In this document: piece by piece, positions 47,781 to 59,978 of the stretch | How positions within the stretch are numbered: position 1 is the first letter of the stretch | Layout of the letters: each line of letters starts with the position of its first letter | NCBI RefSeq assembly: GCF_009914755.1 | Contig: NC_060930.1 | Length of the DNA: 64,000 nucleotides | Direction: 5' to 3' (one strand) | Origin: the human T2T-CHM13v2.0 reference genome, Homo sapiens | Program-made: the position numbers and the translations under genes | Notes under the pieces: model-generated | The model's input: the letters and a program-made list of their open reading frames with translations, nothing else | The model's database searches: none | What the model was told of the DNA's origin: nothing

Positions 47781-49163
47781 TATATCTAAGCTTGTCTTGG
47801 TAGAAGTCATTAGGAAAGTTTAGTGACTCAATCCCTTGAAAAGAAGAAAAGATTGATTAATTTTATGATATTATAATCCTTCTATTATGTAATAATTAAG
47901 TCAGTGAATGTAATATAATCAATTTTTTTGTGATATAAGCCCCTCATATACATACCTTATATTACAGCAAGAATTAATACAATTGACACATTTTACAAAG
48001 GAGTGAATAACTTCCAATGCTAAGTCACTCATCTAGATCTATAGAGAAAAGCAGTGTTATAATTTTTGTTTGTTGGACTCTAGAGTCTGTGTTTTTTCAT
48101 TATGCCTGCTGAAAACAAAATATAGTATAACTTCTCTACTGGTATAAAATAAACATGAACAATATGCAATCAAAAACTCAATGGTGTAACTGCACAAATA
48201 CTTCTCTCCCATCCCTATCTCTTCTTAATTTCTTGCCAAAGCAGCATTTTATTTTTTAAGCATTCATTCTAGAAAGGCCTCCAGGTGATTTAGAAATAGA
48301 AGTCTCATGACACCCCAAGAAAGATGATGTGCTGTAGGTTTACATGAGGAAGGGCGTAGCCAAACCAAGGCATAAGATAAATAAGTCCCTTCATTGAAAC
48401 TAGGAAAAAAAATAGTTGTCAAGTGATGCACACAAATGTAGATGATTATCTTTCCAGTGGAACATAGAATTTCTGCATCACTGAGAAGAGTATGTTTTTT
48501 ACACTGTAGCTGTACTTGGAAGGTATCAGATACTGTAGCTGAAGTGGCATAATTTTTAAGCATACTGGGGTTTGTGGCACATGTAATACAACATTCTTTG
48601 TTTGGGAAGCAGCTTCCCAGTATGTTTGAGTTATATCAGGCTAATTCTAGTAGAACTTCGATTTTGCATACATTTTCCAGGGCTATTATGCGTTTTTAGC
48701 TTTTCTATATCCTCAAATGACATGAAATTGCCTTAATGAGGCTAATTAAACAAGTGGAGACTGAGTATGCTCAAGTGTCTTTGAAAATTTTGGGTCATAT
48801 TTGGGAGGCTTTTACGTAGTGTTGTATTTTAGTTAAGGAAAATAAACCTTTTTCATGAACGTGCAGATTATGTATCATTTCTCTTAGTATTTGGCTCATG
48901 GGCTTTCTTAGAGGCATAATATCCTAATATTCAAGACCAGCACCCTCAGGAGAATAATCGAATTTGAATATAATTAGAACAGTTCACAACTTAGGAAACA
49001 CTGGGGAGGAAATGATGATATAGGAAGCTGACTTGAATTGGTAATGCCTTTAGGAAGCAAACACAGAGGCTGAAGCCTTATTCTGGACAGTTACTCTTAA
49101 GAAAGTTGTCAGAAGAAACGCATCTGCCTTTTTTTCCAGGTGAACTGCCGTGAGTTGTCCAGC

Positions 49164-49185
49164 ATGATAGTGTTTATTTTCTTGG
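49164..49185 (+). CDS. GFRAL: GDNF family receptor alpha-like, first coding exon (signal peptide start)
   Basis: agcATG ATA GTG TTT ATT TTC TTG G|gtaagt = MIVFIFL(A); consensus donor. Confidence 0.95.
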
Positions 49186-50894
49186 GTAAGTGAATGGTGC
49201 TTCTGGTTTATCTGAATTATTCATAATACTAATTCTTTGTAAACTGAATACCATCACACTTAAGCTTAACAGGGGCTTATAATATGAAGTACCAAGTAAA
49301 TTACAAATTTATGCTTTAACATGGTTTATTCTTCTTGCAAAAATGTACACTCACTTTTACTCACTTATTTCTAACTCTATAGATAATGCAGCATGTGAAA
49401 ATTGTATTAATCTCTCAGCTTGTTTCTGTTTTATTGTATAGAATGACCCAATGACTTTGAGTTACTTATTAGGATTAATGGAATTCACACATGTGTTAGA
49501 ACCTTTTAGAAATAAAAATAAAACCTTCCAGTATCTATTTACAAGTTATAAGATGAAAAATTTCAAACTGTTATCTATTTTATTTATTTTGCTTTGAAAT
49601 TAAACAAAAATAAGATTAATTTAAAACATTCAATTTACCTACAGTGTTAATATTTGCTAACTAGAAGTAATTTAGTGAAGTAAAACCACTTAACACCATA
49701 TCAGAATGCTTCATATTTTCATTAATTTTTATGACCTAGAACTCAAGTGTGGACTTACTTCTCTTGTATTGGATCCGATGAATGTATTATAAGATGTTGA
49801 TGAAAAATAATTTATTTTTATTTAATGTAGAATCCATGAATCTATTTGCTAGATGTGTGACTGGAGAATATTTTATATCTTCTTTAGCATTTGGTAGAAT
49901 CTATAAACTGAATTCAGAAAAGGAATAATTGTAACTGTAGCTAGATTGTAATTTTAAAAATATGGCATTTTATGTTTAAGCTAATATATACTTGAATAAA
50001 GGCATAATTATGGGCCAGAAAGCAAAGAAGTTTACTTTAAATTGTATCGAACATAAAAGGAGAGTCATATCAAGTCAAGGAAACAAGTTAAGAAGGAGAG
50101 AAATCCCTTATATTTTCAGTTTTTCTTTTGTTTAAGTAATATTTTTCCATTGTTCCATAATTTTGCTTTTTGTAATTATTCCTAAAATATTTTCTTATTT
50201 TTATAAAGATTGTTAATATTTCTTTAGTTCTTTTTTGTGATAAAGAGAAATATAGGAAACTTTAATTTTTATAGATCAGGCAGCAATATAATGAAGCTCA
50301 CAAAATACATTACAGACTCATTATGACCTCAGTTGAAAAGGCAATGGCCTCTTATTTTCATCTTTTACTTCTAAATTAACTTGACACCAGGTTGCATGAA
50401 GGAGGGAAATAACTTCTTAACATTGTTAGAACTAAAATTATACTATTTGATATGTTGTACCAACATTTCCCATATTATATTTTTTAGAATGCTTGTTTGA
50501 CATTATCTAAATAGGTCTTATAATGAGGAAAATGTCTGTTGGTAAAGAAATGTGGAAAACAATGAATTTTAAAATCTCAGAACATTTAGTAGGATAATAA
50601 GCCCCATACATCTTTAAAACACTGATATAATTTGCAGCATTATCCATCTTATTAATTTAAAAATAGAAGTTATTTTTCATTGAGTATTACAGGAAAATTC
50701 TTGAAAAATCCTAGGTTAAATACAAAACCACAAGTCATAGTTTGGAATGAATAAGACAGATTTTGGAGAGGTAATACATTCTTGATTCTTGTGGACCAAA
50801 TCATTGAGGTGGTTTTCTTAGTTGAGTCAATATTTTGTTGAGTAGGAAGTGTGGAAAATCCTATAAAATAATCTATTAAGAAGCTTGTTCAACC

Positions 50895-50959
50895 AAAAAC
50901 TGAAAATGTGAAAGGAAGTAAAACATTAAAAACTGAAAATGTGAAAGGAAGTAAAACAT
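50895..50959. repeat. Perfect 32-bp tandem duplication (period 33)
   Basis: aaaaactgaaaatgtgaaaggaagtaaaacat at 50895-50926 and 50928-50959. Confidence 0.95.
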
Positions 50960-51879
50960 ATTTGGGGAAGACAACATGTAGTATTTCTAAGTGATTATTA
51001 CTCTGAAGTACTGATGAAGTTTTGATGATATATCTGGGATATTATCACTTATAAGATTCTTGAAGGGGCTTTTCACAAGATATAATGATTAATGGCAAAT
51101 AAAATACCATTTTCTTATAAGTTGAGTTTATGACTTCAAATTTCTATTTCTGGGTCTTTGGAAAACTGGATTTGACCAAGTAAATTTGTGCTAGGATCAA
51201 AAGAGTCCTCTTTTTCTTTCTTTGGGCTAGCCAAATAAGGAGTACAAGGGCTTGGCTAGATGAGGTTGTCCATGAACACATGAGAAAACAGAAAGCTGAT
51301 ATGTCCATTTCCACTCCAGCCCTCAGCAAGAAAAATGTTACCAAGCTACACCCATGGGCCTAATCTCCAAATGCAGTGACCCAGCAAGTAGTACACATGG
51401 TCCAATCAGTTGTCTTGGATTCTTCTTATAAGATGAGATTTGCAAAGAGGTAAGATTTAAAAAAAAAAGAGAGATTTCAAGCCCTTACTTGAAGCCTATC
51501 ACTCTACATTGTCACAGGTGATTCATAATTAACAACAGCATTTAAAAATTCAAATAATTTGGCTCTTATTTAGTTATAGCTTGACTCTCTTGATGACAGT
51601 TACTACAACTGTCTCTGTAACACAATTTCAATCCCTGTATTTTTTTCTATTAATTGATTTGGCTAGTGTCACTTCATATGTTTGCAGAATCAATTTGACT
51701 AACTTGTGTAACATATTAAATTAACATTGCTATTTTCTTGATTGTTTTTAGAAAACTTGCTGGATTTCTCCTCTAGCAAAAGTAACTTGTAAATATCTGG
51801 AAGGTATTATTTTTTAGATGTTATCAGTTATTTATATATCTTATATATAAACATCTAATAACTTGGGTATAAGCCAATA

Positions 51880-53180
51880 TTCATTTATTGAATACCTATA
51901 CTGCATCACTGTGTTTGGTGACAAAAATACAGTTATAAATTATCCTTAATGTCTGTGGGTAAAGCTGTACAATCCAGTGGTGGAGACAGGCACATGAATA
52001 TATACACTACAGAACAGTAAAATCTGTAATTGCGGGATCCCCACAGTTCTAGTAAATGGATGGAAGATGTCAAATTCAATTTGAGTGTGGAAAAAGGGGA
52101 GTATAGAATTCAAGTAAAGTTTCCAGAAAATAGCTAATGATTGTGTTCAGTTTTAAACAACAAAAAGGGTTATTCCAGAAGAAAAAGAAAGAAAATACTT
52201 ATCAGGGATCAGACAGTAGGTATGCAGAGGTAGAAGACAGCATGGATCATTCGGGAAACGATAAATGCTTGAGACCTTCCAGATTGCACATGGTGAGGAA
52301 TATGAGAGCCCTGATATGAGAAATAGTTTAAAGGATATAAAACAGAAAAATGGCAAGACTAGAATAGTACATCAGGTAGATTAGGGGTTACAAAGAACCT
52401 ATCTGAATAAGGTTCTGAATAAGATTCAAACTGGAGGCAGACTGACTAATAAGTTAAACAAATGCTCAAAGTGAAAGTCAATAAATTTAGCAAGAATGAA
52501 TATGGGAGAGTGAAGTTGAGGATGGAAAATAGTCTACCACAAAACCAAGATTTCTAGTTTGAGTTCTCATGTTAATTGTGGCATTGTGAATGAAGTAGTG
52601 GTCCACAGTGGAACAATGATGATGAAGATCCTGTGAAAGTGTTTCTGAAACATTCAAGTAGAGATAACAATTACGTACCTATGACAGGAACGCTGGAAAT
52701 ACTGAGATTAAATTATACATTTGAGAATCATCAGACTAACATTTTAGTTCAAACCGTAAGAGTACATGGAATTTTCTGCAGAGAATGTATAAAATGAAAA
52801 TAGAAAAGGTCTGAGAAGAGAACCTAAGCTAAAATTATACTTTACTAGAAGAATAAAATGATCCTGGGAATAATTTTAGCTATGGTCAGAAAATACAAAG
52901 TGGATAAATATCAAGAGAACAGAATGGAGGGCTGGCAAAGGAAGAGTTTCAAAAACAAAAAAGTCAACAAAATGGTCAATGGTGAAATAAAGTTTAAAAC
53001 CATTAAGTTAGATTTTAAAGGGGTAATTAGAGACTTTTTTAAGAGCAGTTTTAATGGAATAATAGTAATAAAATTAAATTATAAGTTGAGGAATAAATAG
53101 ATGATGAGAAGTCAAAATGAGCAAATTTAAAATATTCATTTAAGAATCTATAAAAAGAAATACAGATCTACAGCTAGAGA
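51880..53180 (-). mobile_element. Degenerate L2 in GFRAL intron 1
   Basis: attcatttattgaatacctatact...acaatccagtggtggagacag and a purine-rich body. Confidence 0.65.
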
Positions 53181-53323
53181 GGAGGTTAAGGTTATTCCCA
53201 CCATCAATTATTTCACTACATGTTATTTTCCATAATTCTGCTCTTTATCATTAATAACTTAGATTTGAAGAAAATGGATGCCAAATTTATATTACAACCT
53301 TGTTTTTGTTGTTGTTATTCAAG

Positions 53324-53458
53324 CTATGGGGTTAAGCTTGGAAAATGAATACACTTCCCAAACCAATAATTGCACATATTTAAGAGAGCAATGCTTACGT
53401 GATGCAAATGGATGTAAACATGCTTGGAGAGTAATGGAAGATGCCTGCAATGATTCAG
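53324..53458 (+). CDS. GFRAL: GFRAL coding exon 2 (end of signal peptide, start of Cys-rich domain D1)
   Basis: 135 nt, phase 1-1; (A)MGLSLENEYTSQTNNCTYLREQCLRDANGCKHAWRVMEDACNDS; donor G|gtaaac. Confidence 0.97.
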
Positions 53459-54029
53459 GTAAACAAGTTGCTAAAAATACACTCAAATGATTTATTTTTA
53501 CTAAGATAAAAACAGGATTTGATATTTTGTCATTATCCTAAGAACTAAGTTTTTTTCTATGTATCTTATTTAATCTTGACCCCCATCGATTCACTTTTAA
53601 TCATGTATTAGCAAATTTAATTACAAAAGGATTTTCTTAATTACTAAAGAGCTTTAATTACTGAGGGCAGCATTATTCAAGATTTCAGATTATTTTCTTA
53701 CCTCTCTCACCATGTATAATGCTACAATTTTATGCATTCTTCTGAGAACCATGGCACTATTTTTTTTCAAATAAAAGGTTATTTTGATTACATATGTCAA
53801 TGATAAAATAGAAAAAATAAGATTTGTTATAATAATTGTTGTGCATTTGTCCATGCACAATGTACAATGTATATTCTTGAAACATATATGCGGTATTTCC
53901 AATTCTATGTCAAGAACAAGTAAAGCTATAGTTTTGTTTTTAACTTGGCCTACCTTCCAAACATTTGTGGGGAGGTTCAAGAGTTGAGAATGTGAAGATT
54001 GGAGAGTGACTGGTATTTTCTTTCTTTTT

Positions 54030-54330
54030 TCTTTTTTTTTTTATTTTGAGACTGAATCTTGGTCTGTCGCCAGGCTGGAGTGTAGCTGCGTGATCTCGGC
54101 TCACTGCAACCTCCGCCTCCCGGGTTCAAACGATTCTTTCTCCTGCCTCAGCCTCCAGAGTAGCTGGGACTACAGGCGCATGCCACCATGCCCAGCTAAT
54201 TTTTGTATTTTTAGTAGAGACGGGATTTCACCACGTTGGCCAGGATGGTCTCAATTTCTTGGCCTCGTGATCTGCCTGCCTCGGCCTCCCAAAGTGCTGG
54301 GATTGCAGGCGTGCACCACCGTGCCTGGCC
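54030..54330 (-). mobile_element. Alu (S-type) in GFRAL intron 2
   Basis: Reverse Alu with poly(T) on the left. Confidence 0.96.
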
Positions 54331-55394
54331 TATATTTCCTTAAAAAGAAAAAATATATATATTTTGAATATTCAAGTAGCTAAATAAGCATTGAATGAGA
54401 ACATTATAGTAAGACTCCTTTCATTAAAAGTAAATAGAATAGTATAAACTACAAATAGAATAAAGTAAATAGAATAAGTAAATAGAATAAACTGTCTATG
54501 TGGTAGAACATAGTCAATTTATACAGTAGAACATTGTTCTACAGCATAATCTATACAGATTACAGTATAATCTATCTACAGTATAATCTAAAAATAATCT
54601 ATTTATTTTGATGATTAAACTTCTTGCTACATTTTATAAGGCAATTTAAAATATGTTGTTAAAATATTATATTTAGGTGTCACAAATTGTACCTTATTTA
54701 ATTTCAGTATACAAATAGTCTTTTGCAGTAAATTGCAATAATATTTGCATAATTATTTTATGTATGAAGCTGAAATATGCGTATTCTCAAATGTACAAAT
54801 GAAATAAACTAAGGTAGTTTTATTCAGAATAATAAATAAAAGAAAATGTTCAGGTAGAGGATTACATATTTTTAAATTAATGTAGAAAATGAAATATTGG
54901 TAATTATGAGACTTATTCACTAATATTTATTGAGTGCTATGTGCCAGGACCACATAATTTTTAATGATAAATTTAGAGCTACCTGCACATATCTTTCTAT
55001 AGTCTGAGAATGATATGAAAATAAAAGATCAGATTATGACAAAATAGCTAATAAAATAGATAAGCTGACAAAATGCTAAGATTAGAGAGCATTCTGGTCA
55101 CCTCCTGTAAGAGTAGCCTTATTTTTACTGAAAAGCAAGAAATGATATTCTAAGTAGGAAAAAGCTATTTTGAAATGCAGAAAGTTTTAATATAGAAAGT
55201 ACATTATGGAAAATATTCAATGAAAATACAGGTTTTTCATAAAATGTCACTTATATGGATATCTTGCAGCAACCCCAGATAATCTTACCATATTAATTAA
55301 TTATTCAGGTTAATATGTTAAAAGTACTTTGGGGAGGAAGAATCCAAAATTATAATCAGATTAATATCTATAGTGTTATGTGTTTGATTGTGAG

Positions 55395-55553
55395 ATCCAG
55401 GTGACCCCTGCAAGATGAGGAATTCATCATACTGTAACCTGAGTATCCAGTACTTAGTGGAAAGCAATTTCCAATTTAAAGAGTGTCTTTGCACTGATGA
55501 CTTCTATTGTACTGTGAACAAACTGCTTGGAAAAAAATGTATCAATAAATCAG
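55395..55553 (+). CDS. GFRAL: GFRAL coding exon 3 (rest of domain D1)
   Basis: 159 nt, phase 1-1; (D)PGDPCKMRNSSYCNLSIQYLVESNFQFKECLCTDDFYCTVNKLLGKKCINKS; donor G|gtaata; start set from the recalled protein ...NDSDPGDPC. Confidence 0.93.
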
Positions 55554-57499
55554 GTAATATTTTGTTTTAAGAAATGTTTATAGTCATGAAAAAGAAAGCA
55601 ACAATTTCAAAATTAACCACATCTATGTAATGTGATTAATGTTTTTTGTAATTTGATTAATTCTTTTCAAAGCTTTATTATTTTAAAAATTTTGTTGGTA
55701 TATAGTAGGTGTATCTATTTGAGGGGTACATGAGGTGTTTTGATACAGTTCTTGATGTACCTTGGGGTTCTGTGAGCCATAGACCTCAGTAAGTGCACGA
55801 CATACTTCTTTCATTACTAACCACAATTCTAAGCTTCATTCGAGTCAGTGGAATTATAGATTCACTCATTCAATTCATATATTTGTGGAGTTTATTGTGG
55901 CCTTGCACAAAACCTAGATGATAGAAGGCAAATAAGATATTATCTTTGTTGTTAAGGAACTCAGTGTCTCCTGGGAGAAATCAAAATGTAACTAATTGCT
56001 AGAGTTATACTTGCCTTTGCATAGGGACATTTAATCAGGCTAATACACTGGAGTAGGGGTGATCAGTTAGCCTGCATGTACCCTTAACTGTACAACAAAG
56101 ACATTCCAAGAGATGTGCGAGATCAAACAGTTCTAAAGTCAACAGTTTCCAGTCTTCAATGTCCCTATATACTCCGAAAAGTAATCAGCAGAGGAATGCA
56201 CCTGTTATCACAGAGTGCTCAATTCTTCTTTCACAATCAACCTTCTCTCACTTTACAAGAGGTAGATTTACCTCTCATCTACACGGAATGGTCTCATCGT
56301 CCAACCCATTCAACCATCCGTTGTGGGCTCATTGGACAAATTTCTGTTCCATAATTTTGCCATTTCCAGAATATCAACAAATGAAGTTATGCAACATGTA
56401 GCCGTTTTAATTCAGTTTATTTTGTTTAACATAATACATTAGAGATTCATTAATTTTTCTCATGTGTAAGTTTATTTTTCTTGAAGAGTAGTATTTCATT
56501 GTGTGAGTATATCACAGGTTGGTTCCATTCATTATCGAAAGTAAATTGCATTATTTCCAGGTTTTCAGGGATTAAAAATAAGGCTGCTATAAATATTCAC
56601 ATACAAGATTCAGACAAACATAAGCTTTACTTCACTTATGAAATTGTGGGGTCACATGGTAAGTATATGCTTAATGTTACAAAAAGCTTCTAAACTGTAA
56701 TTCAGATTTAGTGTAATCATCAATGTATAAAAGTTCCTGTTGCTTCATATTCCCAGCAACACATTTTTTTGCCATTCTAATATATAGTGGTACTATATTG
56801 TAGTTTTAATTTGCACTTAATTATAATGTTAAGCATATTTTTATGTGTTGTGTGCCATCTATCTGTCTATCTTATTTGGTAAAGTATTTCTTCAAACTTT
56901 TGTCCATTTTAAAATTGGTGTTTGGTTATTGCATTGAGTTTTGAGAGCTGTTTCTGCAAGTTGAATAGATTTTTTTTAATCAGAATATGTGTTTTGTATT
57001 TTTTTAGTCTGTATCATTTAAGAGTGTCTTAAAAAACAGAATTTTAAAAATTTTGGTGAAATTGAGTTTATCATCTTTTCTTTCATAGATCATACTTTTG
57101 ATGTTGCATCTAATAAATATTTAATTCACATTAACAAAGATTTTCTCATAAGATCTAGAAATGATGTAGCTTTAGGTTATATATTTAGGCCTATGTTACA
57201 TTATGAATTAATTTTTGTATCCAGTACAAGATATAAGTCAGATTTTCTTCCCTGCAAATATCTAATTGTTCCACCCACATTTGTGGAAAATAATATAATT
57301 TTACTTTTCTCAAAAGTCATTTGGCCATATGTTGGTGGCTCTATTTCTAGACTTTCTATTCTGTTCCATTGAGTTAATTCTGTACTTTTGCAAATATTTT
57401 ATAGTCTTACTATAGCTTCACAGAAAGTCTTGAAATCAAGTAGTATGATTCCATTAACTGTTACTTGAAAAATAATTTTGGCTATTCTATTTCTTTGTC

Positions 57500-57832
57500 T
57501 TTATTTTATTTTATTTTATTTTATTTTTGTTGTGTTGCTGTAGTTGTTTTTGAAACAGGGTCTTATTCTGCCACCCAGGCTGGAGCATAGTGGCCCAATC
57601 TTCACTCAGTGCAGCCTCTACCTCCTGGGTTCAAGTGATTCTCTTGCCAAAGCCTCCCAAGTAGTTGGGATTACAGGCATGTGCCACCACACCAGCTAAG
57701 TTTTGTATTTTTAGTAGAAACGGGTTTTCGCCATGTTGGCCAGGCTGGTCTGCAGCTCCTGGGCTGAATTGATCTGCCTGCCTCAGCTTCCAAAAGTGCT
57801 GGGATTACAGGTGTGAGCCACCGGGCCGGGCC
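57500..57832 (-). mobile_element. Alu (J/S-type) with (TTTTA)n tail
   Basis: Reverse Alu; TSD ttctttgtcttt. Confidence 0.95.
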
Positions 57833-59669
57833 ACTTCTTTGTCTTTCCATAAACATTTTAGAATCAGCTTGTCAATGTCTGCAAAGAATCCTGCTGACAT
57901 TTTGACTGAACTTACCTTGAAATTATAAACCAATTTACTATGTCGAGTGTTCAGATTTATTAACATGATATATTTCTTCATTTATTTATAACTTCATTGA
58001 TGTAGTTCATCAGTATTTGATAGTTTTCAGTATATAGTTCTTGCACAACTTTTTAGGCTTCTACAAACACACTTCAGGTTTTGGTGCTGTTACAAATGGT
58101 AATTTATTTTACATCTTAACTTTCTATTGATTATAGTGATTATATAGAAATACAATTAATTTTTCTATATGGACTTTATAGCCTATGACTTGCTAAATGC
58201 AATTATTCTATTTTTTTGTAGAATCTGCAGGAAATTCTAAATAAATATTCTTGTCATCTATAATAGAGTTTCATTTTCCCCTTTCCAATCTTTAGTCTTT
58301 CATTTATTTTCCCTGCTTTATTACCCCAACTAGAGCTTTCAATATATTAAATAGAATTGTTGAAAGTGGACATCTTACCTTTTCACCTGTCTTAGGAGAA
58401 AGGCATTCAGTTTTGTACCATAAAGAGTGTGTGTGTGTGTTCTTTGCAGGTTCTCTTTATCAAGTGGAGGAAATTCCTTATTTTTGGTTTTCTTCGTTTT
58501 TAAAATCATAAATGTATAAATAAATGCTGAATTCTGCAAATACTTTTTTTGCCTCTATTACTATTAATTACTTCAAACATTTATCTTTTCCTTTTTTGGG
58601 GAGTATTTCTATTTTTCTGGCCATTTTAAAATATATAGTAAATTAGTGTTAACTATAGTCTCCCTACTGTACTATCAAGTACTAGAACTTATTCCTTCTA
58701 TGTTAATGTATATTTGTATCCGTTAACCAACTTCTCTCCATTTCTCCTCCCCCGTGTCCTGCCAAGCTTGATCACATTTTTTCCTTTAGTTTTTTATATG
58801 GCGAAATTCATTATTTGATTTTTTACTGTTGTTCCAGCCCTTCATTTCAAGGCTAAATTCTGTTCAATCATGGTGTATTATTCTTTTTGTATTTCTGGAT
58901 TCAACTGCTAATATTTTGTTTAAAAAACTATGTTCATAAAGTATATTGGCATGTTGATTTGTTTTCTTATAATGTCTTTGGTTTGGTATCTAAGTTATGC
59001 TGGCCTGTAAAATCAACTGGGAAGTATTTCCTCCTCTTCAATATTCTGGAAAAGCACAAAAAGAATTGGTGTCATTCCTTCCTTACATGATCTATTTCAT
59101 TAACCAGTAAAGATATCTGGCCCATGCTTCATTAAAAAGATTTGAAAATATAAATTCAATGTGTTAACTTGTTGTAAGACTATTCTTGTTATCTATTTCT
59201 TCATGAGTGAGCTTTGGTAATTTGTGTCTTCCATTTGCTGAATTTATGTTGGATTTTTATCCTTAAAGTTTTCAGTTTACTGTTTCTTTTTGGTTTCTAT
59301 CTCCCTACAAAATTGCTCCTAGTATTTCCTAATTGTCCTTTTTAATGTCTGTAGCAGTTGCAGTGATGTCCTTTTTATGTTTACATATTGATAATTTGTA
59401 TAATTTGTGTCCTTTCAATTTTACTATTCATTGTTTCTTTATGTGTATGTCTGATTTGATTTTAATGTGTTCTCCATTTTCTTGCTTCCTAACATAAAAC
59501 CTTGAGCCACTGATTTGAGATTTTATTCTTTCCTCATATAAGCATTTAATACTATGAATTTCCTTCCAAGTACTGATTTAGCTATAGCCACACATTCTGA
59601 TATGTAGTTTTAATTTAAATTTATGTCAAAATATTTTCTCCTTTTCTTTGTGACTTCCACTTTGTTATG

Positions 59670-59978
59670 ATTTATTTTATTATTATTATTATATTTTGAG
59701 GCAGAGTCTCTCTCTGTCGCCCAGGCTGGAGTGCAGTGGAGTGATCTCAGCTCACTGCAAACTCCTTCTCCTGGGTTCAAGCTATTCCTCTGCCTCAGCC
59801 CCTGAGTAGGTGGGATTACAGGTGCTTGCCACCACACCTGGCTGATTTTTGTATTTTTAGTAGAGACATGGTTTTGCCATGTTGTCCAGGCTGGTCTTGA
59901 GCTCCTGACCTCAGGTGATCTGCCAGCATCAAACTTCCAAAGTGCTGGGATAACAGGCATGAGCCACCATGCCGAGCC
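59670..59978 (-). mobile_element. Alu (S-type)
   Basis: Reverse Alu with (TTA)n tail. Confidence 0.95.

Noticed and set aside
53278-53490. 70-aa ORF as an independent gene or alternative GFRAL start
   Set aside because: It is GFRAL exon 2 plus in-frame intron flanks; no supporting promoter evidence
54006-54383. 125-aa ORF (similarly 42983-43360 and 59610-59960)
   Set aside because: Alu-derived open frames with no coding evidence
54425-54600. Short repeats (taaatagaataa, ataatcta) resembling an array
   Set aside because: Low-complexity AT-rich slippage; no spacer structure, not CRISPR-like
55353-55363. TAATCAGATTA paired-homeodomain (PHOX2-type) palindrome, and TAAT clusters near 48740 and 48955
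   Set aside because: Several such matches are expected by chance in DNA this AT-rich; not supportable without conservation or ChIP data
55544-55549. AATAAA inside GFRAL exon 3
   Set aside because: Explained by Asn-Lys codons and adjacent to a donor site, where cleavage is normally suppressed
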